The position numbers were made by a program, and so were the translations under genes. DNA of 64,000 nt from Amphiscolops sp. MND2022 (Eukaryota), in assembly GCA_964187785.1 (NCBI GenBank), contig OZ076413.1, forward strand, positions 43,030,001-43,094,000, read 5' to 3'. Below the pieces are notes generated by a model. It was not told where the DNA came from. It made no database searches and saw nothing but the letters and a program-made list of their open reading frames with translations. Shown piece after piece: positions 11,461-24,400 of the stretch. Position 1 is the stretch's first letter, and the number at the start of each line of letters is the position of its first letter.

Positions 11461-12706
11461 ACTTCTTCAATCCTGCTATCTTGAACGTCAGGTGGACTCC
11501 TGGTGTAATAGTTGACTGAGTGCATGTCCAGCTCCGCTCACCTATAAGCACATACGTCTCAAGATCAACTTCGTGTTGGCAGAAAACCTGGATTTTCTAC
11601 TTTTACGCTTCGGATCCATTTTCTACAAAAAATTCCTACAAAATAGTTTTCAGAAAAAGACTCTGAATACAAAAAAAGCAACCAAGACTATTTACAAAAA
11701 GCAACCACGCACTATTCCATTTCTTTTCCTATTGTCGACAAACAATACAAATAATTTGACAAAACTTAAACAATAAAAGTAACTTCAAAACTTTAACAAC
11801 ACAAGAAAAATAACAACACAATTTACACTCAATCTTATATCTAATACTTTTAACAATAATAATTTTAACATAATTCTACAAAACAATTATTTTGACAAAA
11901 TACCACATACAATTCTCACAACTCTTTTGCCCTAAAACTTGAAGTAAGGCATGTAAATAAAACAGACACTGTAAAGTTAGTTTTCTACTTTCAGGCACCC
12001 ACAATTCCTATCCCCTCCCGTAAGACTTAGACAATCAGACAGCCTCACCAGTTCACTCTGATTCTAAGGCTGACTAAAAACCTTAGTTAAGTGTAAACGT
12101 CTTTAAGGAGAATCGAGAGGACACCGAACTACGTTCGAATCTTCAAAATTCTCAGGAAGTAAAAGTAAAAGTAAAAGAAACAAAGATCAAACTTTGATCT
12201 TGATCAGTATTGATCAGACTTTGGATAGTGGACGTTGATTGTTCAGAGTTGCACTCCCTTTGTCTTAAAACACACAACCCACTTAAAATTAAAACAACCT
12301 TAGTTTTCTGGACGTGTCAGTAACCTTATGTTAGACACTTTAAAGTGATCCAGACTTAAAATCACGTTTAGTTTCTGTTAGCAATCCTTTGAGGTTGAAT
12401 ACAGATCCTACTGCATCCGCTTCTTTCTTCTCTATCCAAAACTATTCCCATCCCAAATAACTTCAAATTAAAATACAAATTATATGAACCCTAACATATA
12501 CAATCAAGTAATTTATCCTTTCAACTTTTACATTCCGCCAATTAGCTCCCTTCAAAACCCTACATCAAACGACCTTGAAAGATTAATTGAACGATATCAA
12601 CAGTATTTTTTCTTCATCATAAATCAACAAAGACAGTACCCAAGAGCGCCAACTTAGAACATCTCTATAAAATTTATTTTTAACGTTTTAATCTTCACAT
12701 TATAAC

Positions 12707-14837
12707 ATGTGGGAAAATGTTACCACAGTAGTACTCATTACAACATACACATTTTGTGTCTTATTTATAGTTTGTGTTCTTCTTGAAAAAATACTTACAG
12801 TGATAAGAGACAAAATTTAAAAAATGTCCTCAACGACAACCCCTCTACCTTTCCAAACTCCCGTCATTAAAAATGCAAAAGTTGTAAAATTAGAACTAAA
12901 TCCATTCCTACAAAACATTATTTCACATTATACACAACCACTCCCATTTGAAAATGAACCTCATACAAATGAAACAATCCCTCTTATTAGAGAACATTTG
13001 GACACATACCTCTTCTATATTAGATACAATGTTTTAACTATCACCGCAGAATACCCAGCTTTTCAAATCTCTTTTCCTCAACAAAGACCTAATTCATCTC
13101 ATATATACAGAAGAACAGTAAACCCAATAAATCTCCAAGTTCCTATTAAACAAGTTTTTCACGCTTTTCTAAACAATGTGAAAGACCACAACCTAGCACA
13201 TGAAATTCCAAAATTTAGTCCAAATGCACTTGACGACCTTCAACGATATATAAACAATTTCGATGTAGAAATTATCGAAAGATTAGTTGATCCTGAAGAC
13301 AATCCTCATCATTGGTTACAAACTGATCTATTACGAATACAAAACTTTCTCTATCATTATTTCAAAGACCTAACATTAAATGACCAAACAATTCCTCAGA
13401 TCAAAGTAATATCTCTATTCCTCAGAAAATACTTCAGATTTGATTATCAACTATTATGGTCACAACAAGACCAATCTGCTATTACAGCATTCCCAAATCA
13501 TTTTACAGTTGACGAATGTTTACCATTCATCATCAGTGAACAAAACGAACATCCTGATTTTCATAAACCACAATTAATTACAAAACAAACTTTAGATTAC
13601 ATACGTTTTCATCCTCTATTAATTACAGAAAATGATCTATTTGCAGACAATAGACCTTATCACTATGAACAAAATTCTCAAGTTCAGCAAAACTTACATT
13701 TCAACACTAACAATTCTACTGAAGATGATAATACCAATCAAGAAAATACACTCCAACAACAACATCAAAATGAAATCAATAACGATAATGAGTTTACTAC
13801 CCCAGAATCTATAATTTCAACACATAGCAGAAACATCAACATCGGTACACACTCAATCCTTTAGAGTTCCCATTAGAGTTGTAAATCAAAGACAAAATAT
13901 ACATACTCCTCAATCTCATTCAGATACATCTCCAAACCGTAATATAACTTTCAACCTTCCACACACGGATGAAACACACGACGAAACCCATGACACTATA
14001 CATGATGATATCCTGACTACATCTAGTGCTCAAAATACTTCTGTTAATGTTGCATCTCCAACAAGAACTATTCCTGATTCTACAAGATACATTACTCGAC
14101 CTAGATATGATCCTCCATCATTTCCCTCTGCTTTCCGCTCAACTAGATCGATTTCTTCAAACAACAATTTTAATGATAATCCTCAAACTTCCAATCAATA
14201 TTACGATCCATTTAATTTAACTTTTATCCTCCATCAAACACAACCACCAATACAAATATTAACCAAAATTACTCTCAAAGTAATACAGCTTCAACAACAC
14301 AAAATCCCTTTATACAATTATCACATACCACTGCTTCACAGAATATATATTCTCAAAATCAAGCAACTTCGTATCCTTCCACTTCTTATTCTAACATAGC
14401 ACAAGCTTCTCAAAGGAAACTTCAAAACCCTCCACTTACACACATACCAACTGATCCTTTGTATCAAATGCATCCAAACCCTAATCCTAATCTTAATTCA
14501 AATCCATTACCTCAAAATACAATTCAACATATACCTCCCCAACTCACACAACAATTAGCTCTCACACTCCAATATTTACCAATGCCACAAGATACCTTTA
14601 TGAACATGTCCGCTTCAATACCAGAACCTATGAAACTTTTTGATGGTTTAGACCATTCTTATACCCCAGAAGAATATCTACAACAAGTCGAAGCTAGATT
14701 AACCTTCGCCATAGGTGAAGAACCTCAAAATAATCCTATAAAATACAAATCTTGGCATAACAGACGCATGGCTTATATACAATGTTCATTAACAGGAACA
14801 GCTCTCGATTGGTATACTAACCTTCATATATCATATA
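12707..14837 (+). pseudogene. gag: Gag 5' half, copy 1 (long N-terminal extension, low-complexity linker, start of capsid domain)
   Basis: ORF 12824-13864 continues through frameshifts (~13825, ~14222) into FDGLDHSYTPEEYLQQVE...CSLTGTALDWY, a retrotransposon Gag motif. It is cut at HISYK by the insertion. Confidence 0.85.
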
Positions 14838-15114
14838 AGTAGTAATAGCAGGGGGGGGGGGGTTAAATGATGTTTTGGGCTCCCAACCGAAATTATTCTA
14901 AGTCAGAAACCTATCTCACTTTTAGGGCTCCCAACCGAAATTATTCTAAGTCAGAAACCTATCTCACTTTTAGGGCACCCAACCGAATTTATTCTAAGTC
15001 ATAAAGGTTAAAGTTCATTCTAACCATACTGAACTGAATGTATGCCAATTGTCATCCATGTTTACTTGGACAAACTAATGATGAATTCAATACGTTTCAA
15101 CAATAGTAACTGAG
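14838..15114 (+). repeat. Left TIR (duplicate copy) with three 48-bp subrepeats
   Basis: Begins AGTAGTAATAGCAGGGGG after CATATA. GGGCTCCCAACCGAAATTATTCTAAGTCAGAAACCTATCTCACTTTTA units start at 14877, 14925 and 14973. Confidence 0.9.
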
Positions 15115-15212
15115 TTCTGACTTAGAATAATCTCGACTCGGGCGCCCAGAAATTGCAATGAGAATCTGAGAATAATTTCGGCTAAAGAACTGTAAACATG
15201 CACAAACTTGCA

Positions 15213-15826
15213 GCTATACGACCGAGTTCGTTGACTCTTAGCTACTTTAGACTTATAGTATTGTACTGTATTTTAAAATATAGACCGAATATAAGTCCTA
15301 CACGACCGTGTTCGTTGAAACTTAGCTACTTTAGACCTACAGTATGGGGGTGTATATCGAAAGATATATCAAGTATAAGTCCTATACGACCGTGTTCATC
15401 GAATTTTAGCTACCTGAGACGTATAGTATGGTACTGTATATTGAAAGATAGATCGAATATAAGTCCTATACGACTTTGTTCATTGATTTTTAGCTACTTT
15501 AGACATACAGTATGGTACTGTATATTGAAAGATTGATCGAATATAAAACCTATGCAATCGTGCTAATTTAAGCTTAGCTACTTTAGACCTATAGTATTGT
15601 ACTGAAGATTGAAAGATAGATCAAATATAAGTCCTATTCGAAAGTGTTTATCGAATCAGCCACCTTAGACTTATGGCATGGAACTGTATATTGATAAATA
15701 GATCGAATATAAGTCCTATACGACCGTGTTCATCGAATCTTAGCTACTTTAGACCTATAATATGGTACTGTATAATGAAAGATAATTCAAACATAAGTCC
15801 TATACGGCTGTGTTCATCGAATCTTA
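15213..15826 (+). repeat. 84-bp satellite, ~7 monomers (in duplication unit 1)
   Basis: Same monomer as 18497-26098. Confidence 0.9.
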
Positions 15827-15993
15827 CTACATCCTACATCAATCCCTACATCAAACGACCTTGAAAGATTAATTGAACGATATCAACAGTATTTTTTCTT
15901 CATCATAAATCAACAAAGACAGTACCCAAGAGCGCCAACTTAGAACATCTCTATAAAATTTTTTTTTTAACGTTTTAATCTTCACATTATAAC

Positions 15994-18124
15994 ATGTGGG
16001 AAAAAGTTACCACAGTAGTACTCATTACAACATACACATTTTGTGTCTTATTTATAGTTTGTGTTCTTCTTGAAAAAATACTTACAGTGATAAGAGACAA
16101 AATTTTAAAAATGTCCTCAACGACAACCCCTCTACCTTTCCAAACTCCCGTCATTAAAAATGCAAAAGTTGTAAAATTAGAACTAAATCCATTCCTACAA
16201 AACATTATTTCACATTATACACAACCACTCCCATTTGAAAATGAACCTCATACAAATGAAACAATCCCTCTTATTAGAGAACATTTGGACACATACCTCT
16301 TCTATATTAGATACAATGTTTTAACTATCACCGCAGAATACCCAGCTTTTCAAATCTCTTTTCCTCAACAAAGACCTAATTCATCTCATATATACAGAAG
16401 AACAGTAAACCCAATAAATCTCCAAGTTCCTATTAAACAAGTTTTTCACGCTTTTCTAAACAATGTGAAAGACCACAACCTAGCACATGAAATTCCAAAA
16501 TTTAGTCCAATTGCACTTGACGACCTTCAACGATATATAAACAATTTCGATGTAGAAATTATCGAAAGATTAGTTGATCCTGAAGACAATCCTCATCATT
16601 GGTTACAAACTGATCTATTACGAATACAAAACTTTCTCTACCATTATTTCAAAGACCTAACATTAAATGACCAAACAATTCCTCAGATCAAAGTAATATC
16701 TCTATTCCTCAGAAAATACTTCAGATTTGATTATCAACTATTATGGTCACAACAAGACCAATCTGCTATTACAGCATTCCCAAATCATTTTACAGTTGAC
16801 GAATGTTTACCATTCATCATCAGTGAACAAAACGAACATCCTGGTTTTCATAAACTACAATTAATTACAAAACAAACTTTAGATTACATACGTTTTCATC
16901 CTCTATTAATTACAGAAAATGATCTATTTGCAGACAATAGACCTTATCACTATGAACAAAATTCTCAAGTTCAGCAAAACTTACATTTCAACACTAACAA
17001 TTCTACTGAAGATGATAATACCAATCAAGAAAATACACTCCAACAACAACATCAAAATGAAATCAATAACGATAATGAGTTTACTACCCCAGAATCTGTA
17101 ATTTCAACACATAGCAGAAACATCAACATCGGTACACACTCAATCCTTTAGAGTTCCCATTGGAGTTGTAAATCAAAGACAAAATATACATACTCCTCAA
17201 TCTCATTCAGATACATCTCCAAACCGTAATATAACTTTCAACCTTCCACACACGGATGAAACACACGACGAAACCCATGACACTATACATGATGATATCC
17301 TGACTACATCTAGTGCTCAAAATACTTCTGTTAATGTTGCATCTCCAACAAGAACTATTCCTGATTCTACAAGATACATTACTCGACCTAGATATGATCC
17401 TCCATCATTTCCCTCTGCTTTCCGCTCAACTAGATCGATTTCTTCAAACAACAATTTTAATGATAATCCTCAAACTTCCAATCAATATTACGATCCATTT
17501 AATTTAACTTTTATCCTCCATCAAACACAACCACCAATACAAATATTAACCAAAATTACTCTCAAAGTAATACAGCTTCAACAACACAAAATCCCTTTAT
17601 ACAATTATCACATACTACTGCTTCACAGAATATATATTCTCAAAATCAAGCAACTTCGTATCCTTTCACTTCTTATTCTAACATAGCACAAGCTTCTCAA
17701 AGGAAACTTCAAAACCCTCCACTTACACACATACCAACTGATCCTTTGTATCAAATGCATCCAAACCCTAATCCTAATCTTAATTCAAATCCATTACCTC
17801 AAAATACAATTCAACATATACCTCCCCAACTCACACAACAATTAGCTCTCACACTCCAATATTTACCAATGCCACAAGATACCTTTATGAACATGTCCGC
17901 TTCAATACCAGAACCTATGAAACCTTTTGATGGTTTAGACCATTCTTATACCCCAGAAGAATATCTACAACAAGTCGAAGCTAGATTAACCTTCGCCATA
18001 GGTGAAGAACCTCAAAATAATCCTATAAAATACAAATCTTGGCATAACAGACGCATGGCTTATATACAATGTTCATTAACAGGAACAGCTCTCGATTGGT
18101 ATACTAACCTTCATATATCATATA
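15994..18124 (+). pseudogene. gag: Gag 5' half, copy 2 (385-aa open N-terminal part, then the same frameshifts as copy 1)
   Basis: ORFs 15994-17151 and 17746-18129 duplicate copy 1. Confidence 0.85.
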
Positions 18125-18398
18125 AGTAGTAATAGCAGGGGGGGGGTTAAATGATGTTTTGGGCTCCCAACCGAAATTATTCTAAGTCAGAAACCTATCT
18201 CACTTTTAGGGCTCCCAACCGAAATTATTTTAAGTCAGAAACCTATCTCACTTTTAGGGCTCCCAACCGAATTTATTCTAAGTCATAAAGGTTAAAGTTC
18301 ATTCTAACCATACTGAACTGAATGTATGCCAATTGTCATCCATGTTTACTTGGACAAACTAATGATGAATTCAATACGTTTCAACAATAGTAACTGAG
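18125..18398 (+). repeat. Left TIR
   Basis: Imperfect inverted match to 34397-34633; three 48-bp subrepeats here versus two on the right. Confidence 0.9.
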
Positions 18399-18496
18399 TT
18401 CTGACTTAGAATAATCTCGACTCGGGCGCCCAGAAATTGCAATGAGAATCTGAGAATAATTTCGGCTAAAGAACTGTAAACATGCACAAACTTGCA

Positions 18497-21400
18497 GCTA
18501 TACGACCAAGTTCGTTGAATCTTAGCTACTTTAGACTTATAGTATTGTACTGTATTTTGAAATATAGACCGAATATAAGTCCTACACGACCGTGTTCGTT
18601 GAAACTTAGCTACTTTAGACCTACAGTATGGGGGTGTATATCGAAAGATATATCAAGTATAAGTCCTATACGACCGTGTTCATCGAATTTTAGCTACCTG
18701 AGACGTATAGTATGGTACTGTATATTGAAAGATAGATCGAATATAAGTCCTATACGACTTTGTTCATTGGTTTTTAGCTACTTTAGACATACAGTATGGT
18801 ACTGTATATTGAAAGATTAATGGAATATAAAATCTATACGATCGTGTCAATTGAATCTTAGCTACTTTAGACCTATAGTATTGTACTGTATATTGAAAGA
18901 TAGATCGAAAATAAGTCCTATACGAAATTGTTCATCGAATCTTAGCTACTTCAGACTTATAGTATGGAACTGTATATTGAAAGATTGATCGAATATAAAA
19001 CCTATGCAATCGTGCTAATTTAAGCTTAGCTACTTTAGACCTATAGTATTGTACTGAAGATTGAAAGATAGATCAAATATAAGTCCTATTCGAAAGTGTT
19101 TATCGAATCAGCCACCTTAGACTTATGGCATGGAACTGTATATTGATAAATAGATCGAATATTAGTCCTATACGACCGTGTTCATCGAATCTTAGCTACT
19201 TTAGACCTATAATAACGTACTGTATAATGAAAGATAATTCAAACATAAGTCCTATACGGCTGTGTTCATCGAATCTTAGCTACTTTAGAACTATGATATG
19301 GTACTGTATAGGGAAAGATAGATCGAACATAATTCCTATACGGCTGTGTTCATTGCATCTTAACCACTTTAGCCCTATCGTATTGTACTGTATATAGAAA
19401 GATAAATCGAATATAAGTCCTATACGAAAGTATTCATCGAATCTTAGCTACTTTAGACTTATAGTATGGAACTGTATATTGAAAAACAGATCGAATATAA
19501 GTCCAACACTACCATGTTCATCGAATCTTAGCTACTTTAGAAAAATAGTATAGTAATGTATATTGAAAGATAGATCGAATATAAGTCCTATACGACCATG
19601 TTAATCGAATCTTAGCTACTTCAGAATTATAGTATGGTACTGTATATTGAAAGATTGATCTATAATAAAACCTATGCAATCGTGTTAGTTGAATCTTAGC
19701 TACTTTAGACCTATAGTCTTGTACTGAATATTGAAAGATAGATCGAATATAAGTCCTATACGAAAGTGTTTATCGAATCAGCCACTTTAGACATATAGTA
19801 TGGAACTGTATATTGAAAAATAGATCAAATATAAATCCCATACTATCGTGTTCATCGAATCTTAGCTACTTTAGACCTATAATATGGTACTGTATATGGA
19901 AAGATAGATCGAGCAAAGGTCCTATACGGCTGTGTTCATAGAATCTCAGCCACTTCAGTCCTATTGTATGGTATTGTATTTTGAAAGATAAATCGAATAC
20001 AATTCCTATACGGCTGTGTTCCTTGAATCTTAGCTACTTTAGTCCTATCGTATTGTACTGTATATGGAAAGATAAATCGAACATAAGTCCTATACGAAAA
20101 TGTTCATCGAATCTTAGCTACTTTAGACTTATAGTATGGCACTCTATATTGAAAAACAGATCGGATATAAGTCCGATACGACCGTGTTCGTCGAATCTTA
20201 ACTACTTTAGAAGTACATTATGGTAATGTATATTGACAGATAGATCGAATATAGGTCCTATACGACCGTGTTCATCGAATCTTTTCTACTTTAGACCTAT
20301 ATTATGGAACTGTATTTTGAAAAATAGCTCAAACGAAGGTCCTATAGGGCTATGTTCAAAGAATCCCAGCTACTTTAGTCCTATTGTATGTGCTGTATTT
20401 TGAAAGATAGATCGAATATAATTCCTATACGGCTGTGTTGATTGAATTTTAGCTACTTTAGTCCTATCGTATTGTACTGTATATGGAAAGATAGATCGAA
20501 CAAAGGTCCTATACGGCTGTGTTCATAGAATCTCAGCCACTTCAGTCCTATAGTATGGTACAGTATATTGAAAGATAGATCGAATATAATTCCTATACGG
20601 CTGTGTTCCTTGAATCTTAGCTACTTTAGTCCTATCGTATTGTACTGTATATGGAAAGATAAATCGAATATAAGTCCTATACGAAAATGTTCATCGAATC
20701 TTAGCTACTTTAGACTTATAGTATGGAACTCTATATTGAAAAACAGATTGGATATAAGTCCGATACGACCGTGTTCGTCGAATCTTAACTACTTTAGAAG
20801 TACAGTATGGTAATGTATATTGAAAGATAGATCGAATATAGGTCCTATACGATCGTGTTCATCGATTCTTTTCTCCTTTAGACCTATATTATTGAACTGT
20901 ATATTGAAAAATAGATCGAACAAAGGTCCTATAGGGCTATGATAAAAGAATCCCAGCTACTTTAGTCCTATTGTATGTGCTGTATTTTGAAAGATAGATC
21001 GAATATAATTCCTATACGGCTGTGTTCATTGAATCTTAGCTACTTTAGTCCTATCGTATTGTACTGTATATGGAAAGATAGACCGAACAAAGGTCCTATA
21101 CGGCTGTGTTCATAGAATCTCAGCCACTTCAGTCCTATAGTTTGGTACTGTATATTGAAAGATAGATCGAATATAATTCCTATACGGCTGTGTTCCTTGA
21201 ATCTTAGCTACTTTAGTCCTATCGTATTGTACTGTATATGGAAAGATAAATCGAATATAAGTCCTATACGACCGTGTTCGTCGAATCTTTACTACTTAAG
21301 AAGTACAGTATGGTAATGTATATTGAAAGATAGATCGAATATAGGTTCTATACGATCGTGTTCATCGAATCTTTTCTCCTTTAGACCTATATTATGGAAC

Positions 21401-24400
21401 TGTATATTGAAAAATAGATCGAACAAAGGTCCTATAGGACTATGATAAAAGAATCCCAGCTACTTTAGTCCTATTGTATGTGCTGTATTTTGAAAGATAG
21501 ATCGAATATAATTCCTATACGGCTGTGTTCATTGAATCTTAGCTACTTTAGTCCTATCGTATTGTACTGTATATGGAAAGATAGATCGAACAAAGGTCCT
21601 ATACGGCTGTGTTCATAGAATCTCAGCTACTTTAGAACTATAGTATGGTACTGTATGTTGAAAGATTGATCGAATATAAAACCTATACGATCGTGCTAAT
21701 TGGATCTTAGCTACTTTAGAAATATAGTATGGCAATGTATATTGAAATATAGATCGAATATAAGTCCTACACGACCGTGTTCGTTGAATCTTAGCTACTT
21801 TAGACCTACAGTATGGGGCTGTATATCGAAAGATTTATCAAGTATAAGTCCTATACGACCGTGTTCATCGAATTTTAGCTACCTGAGACGTATAGTATGG
21901 TACTGTATATTGAAAGATAGATCGAATATAAGTCCTATACGACTTTGTTCATTGATTTTTAGCTACTTTAGACATACAGTATGGTACTGTATATTGAAAG
22001 ATTAATGGAATATAAAACCTATACGATCGTGTTAATTGAATCTTAGCTACTTTAGACCTATAGTATTGTACTGTATATTGAAAGATAGATCGAAAATAAG
22101 TCCTATACGAAATTGTTCATCGAATCTTAGCTACTTCAGACTTATAGTATGGAACTGTATATTGAAAGATTGATCGAATATAAAACCTATGCAATCGTGC
22201 TAATTTAAGCTTAGCTACTTTAGACCTATAGTATTGTACTGAAGATTGAAAGATAGATCAAATATAAGTCCTATTCGAAAGTGTTTATCGAATCAGCCAC
22301 CTTAGACTTATGGCATGGAACTGTATATTGATAAATAGATCGAATATAAGTCCTATACGACCGTGTTCATCGAATCTTAGCTACTTTAGACCTATAATAT
22401 GGTACTGTATAATGAAAGATAATTCAAACATAATTCCTATACGGCTGTGTTCATTGCATCTTAACCACTTTAGCCCTATCGTATTGTACTGTATATAGAA
22501 AGATAAATCGAATATAAGTCCTATACGAAAGTATTCATCGAATCTTAGCTACTTTAGACTTATAGTATGGAACTGTATATTGAAAAACAGATCGAATATA
22601 AGTCTAACACTACCATGTTCATCGAATCTTAGCTACTTTAGAAAAATAGTATAGTATTGTATATTGAAAGATAGATCGAATATAAGTCCTATACGACCAT
22701 GTTAATCGAATCTTAGCTACTTCAGAATTATAGTATGGTACTGTATATTGAAAGATTGATCTATAATAAAACCTATGCAATCGTGTTAGTTGAATCTTAG
22801 CTACTTTAGACCTATAGTCTTGTACTGAATATTGAAAGATAGATCGAATATAAGTCCTATACGAAAGTGTTCATCGAATCAGCCACTTTAGACATATAGT
22901 ATGGAACTGTATATTGAAAAATAGATCAAATATAAATCCCATACTATCGTGTTCATCGAATCTTAGCTACTTTAGACCTATAATATGGTACTGTATAAGG
23001 AAAGATAGATCGAACAAAGGTCCTATACGGCTGTGTTCATAGAATCTCAGCCACTTTAGTCCTATAGTATGGTACTGTATTTTGAAAGATAGATCGAATA
23101 CAATTCCTATACGGCTGTGTTCCTTGAATCTTAGCTACTTTAGTCCTATCGTATTGTACTGTATATGGAAAGATAAATCGAACATAAGTCCTATACGAAA
23201 ATGTTCATCGAATCTTAGCTACTTTAGACTTATAGTATGGAACTCTATATTGACAAACAGATCGGATGTAAGTCCGATACGACCGTGTTTGTCGAATCTT
23301 AACTACTTTAGAAGTACAGTATGGAAATGTATATCGAAAGATAGATCGAATATAGGTCCTATACGACCGTGTTCATCGAATCTTTTCTACTTTAGACCTA
23401 TATTATGGAACTGTATATTGAAAAATAGCTCGAACAAAGGTCCTCTAGGGCTATGTTCGAAGAATCCCAGCTACTTTAGTCCTATTGTATGTGCTGTATT
23501 TTGGAAGATAGATCGAATATATTTCCTATACGGCTATGTTCATTGAATCTTAGCTACTTTAGTCCTATCGTATTGTACTGCATATGGAAGGATAGATCGA
23601 ACAAAGGTCCTATACGGCTGTGTTCATAGAATCTCAGCCACTTCAGTCCTATTGTTTGGTATTGTATTTTGAAAGATAGATCGAACACAATTCCTATACG
23701 GCTGTGTTCCTTGAATCTTAGCTACTTTAGTCCTATCGTATTGTACTGTATATGGAAAGATAAATTGAACATAAGTCCTATACGAAAATGTTCATCGAAT
23801 CTTAGCTACTTTAGACTTATAGTATGGCACTCTATATTGAAAAACAGATCGGATATAAGTCCGATACGACCGTGTTCGTCGAATCTTAACTACTTTAGAA
23901 GTACATTATGGTAATGTATATTGACAGATAGATCGAATATAGGTCCTATACGACCGTGTTCATCGAATCTTTTCTACTTTAGACCTATATTATGGAACTG
24001 TATTTTGAAAAATAGCTCAAACGAAGGTCCTATAGGGCTATGTTCAAAGAATCCCAGCTACTTTAGTCCTATTGTATGTGCTGTATTTTGAAAGATAGAT
24101 CGAATATAATTCCTATACGGCTGTGTTCATTGAATTTTAGCTACTTTAGTCCTATCGTATTGTACTGTATATGGAAAGATAGATCGAACAAAGGTCCTAT
24201 ACGGCTGGTTCATAGAATCTCAGCCACTTCAGTCCTATAGTATGGTACTGTATATTGAAAGATAGATCGAATATAATTCCTATACGGCTGTGTTCCTTGA
24301 ATCTTAGCTACTTTAGTCCTATCGTATTGTACTGTATGTGGAAAGATAAATCGAATATAAGTCCTATACGAAAATGTTCATCGAATCTTAGCTACTTTAG

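Larger units (their letters stand above)
12558..15826 (+). repeat. Tandem duplication unit 1 (~3.29-kb period; unit 2 starts at 15844)
   Basis: Near-identical to the sequence from 15844 onward; ORFs repeat at an offset of 3287 (12824/16111, 14459/17746). Unit 1 lacks two 84-bp monomers present in unit 2. Confidence 0.95.

Noticed and set aside
13632..14220. Short ORFs 13632-13814 and 14026-14220 (and copies 16919, 17313)
   Set aside because: Off-frame shadows within the low-complexity gag linker.
12558..19280. Tandem duplication as a pure assembly artefact
   Set aside because: Copy-specific SNPs, a two-monomer indel and a novel templated junction favour a real event, though this cannot be excluded without reads.
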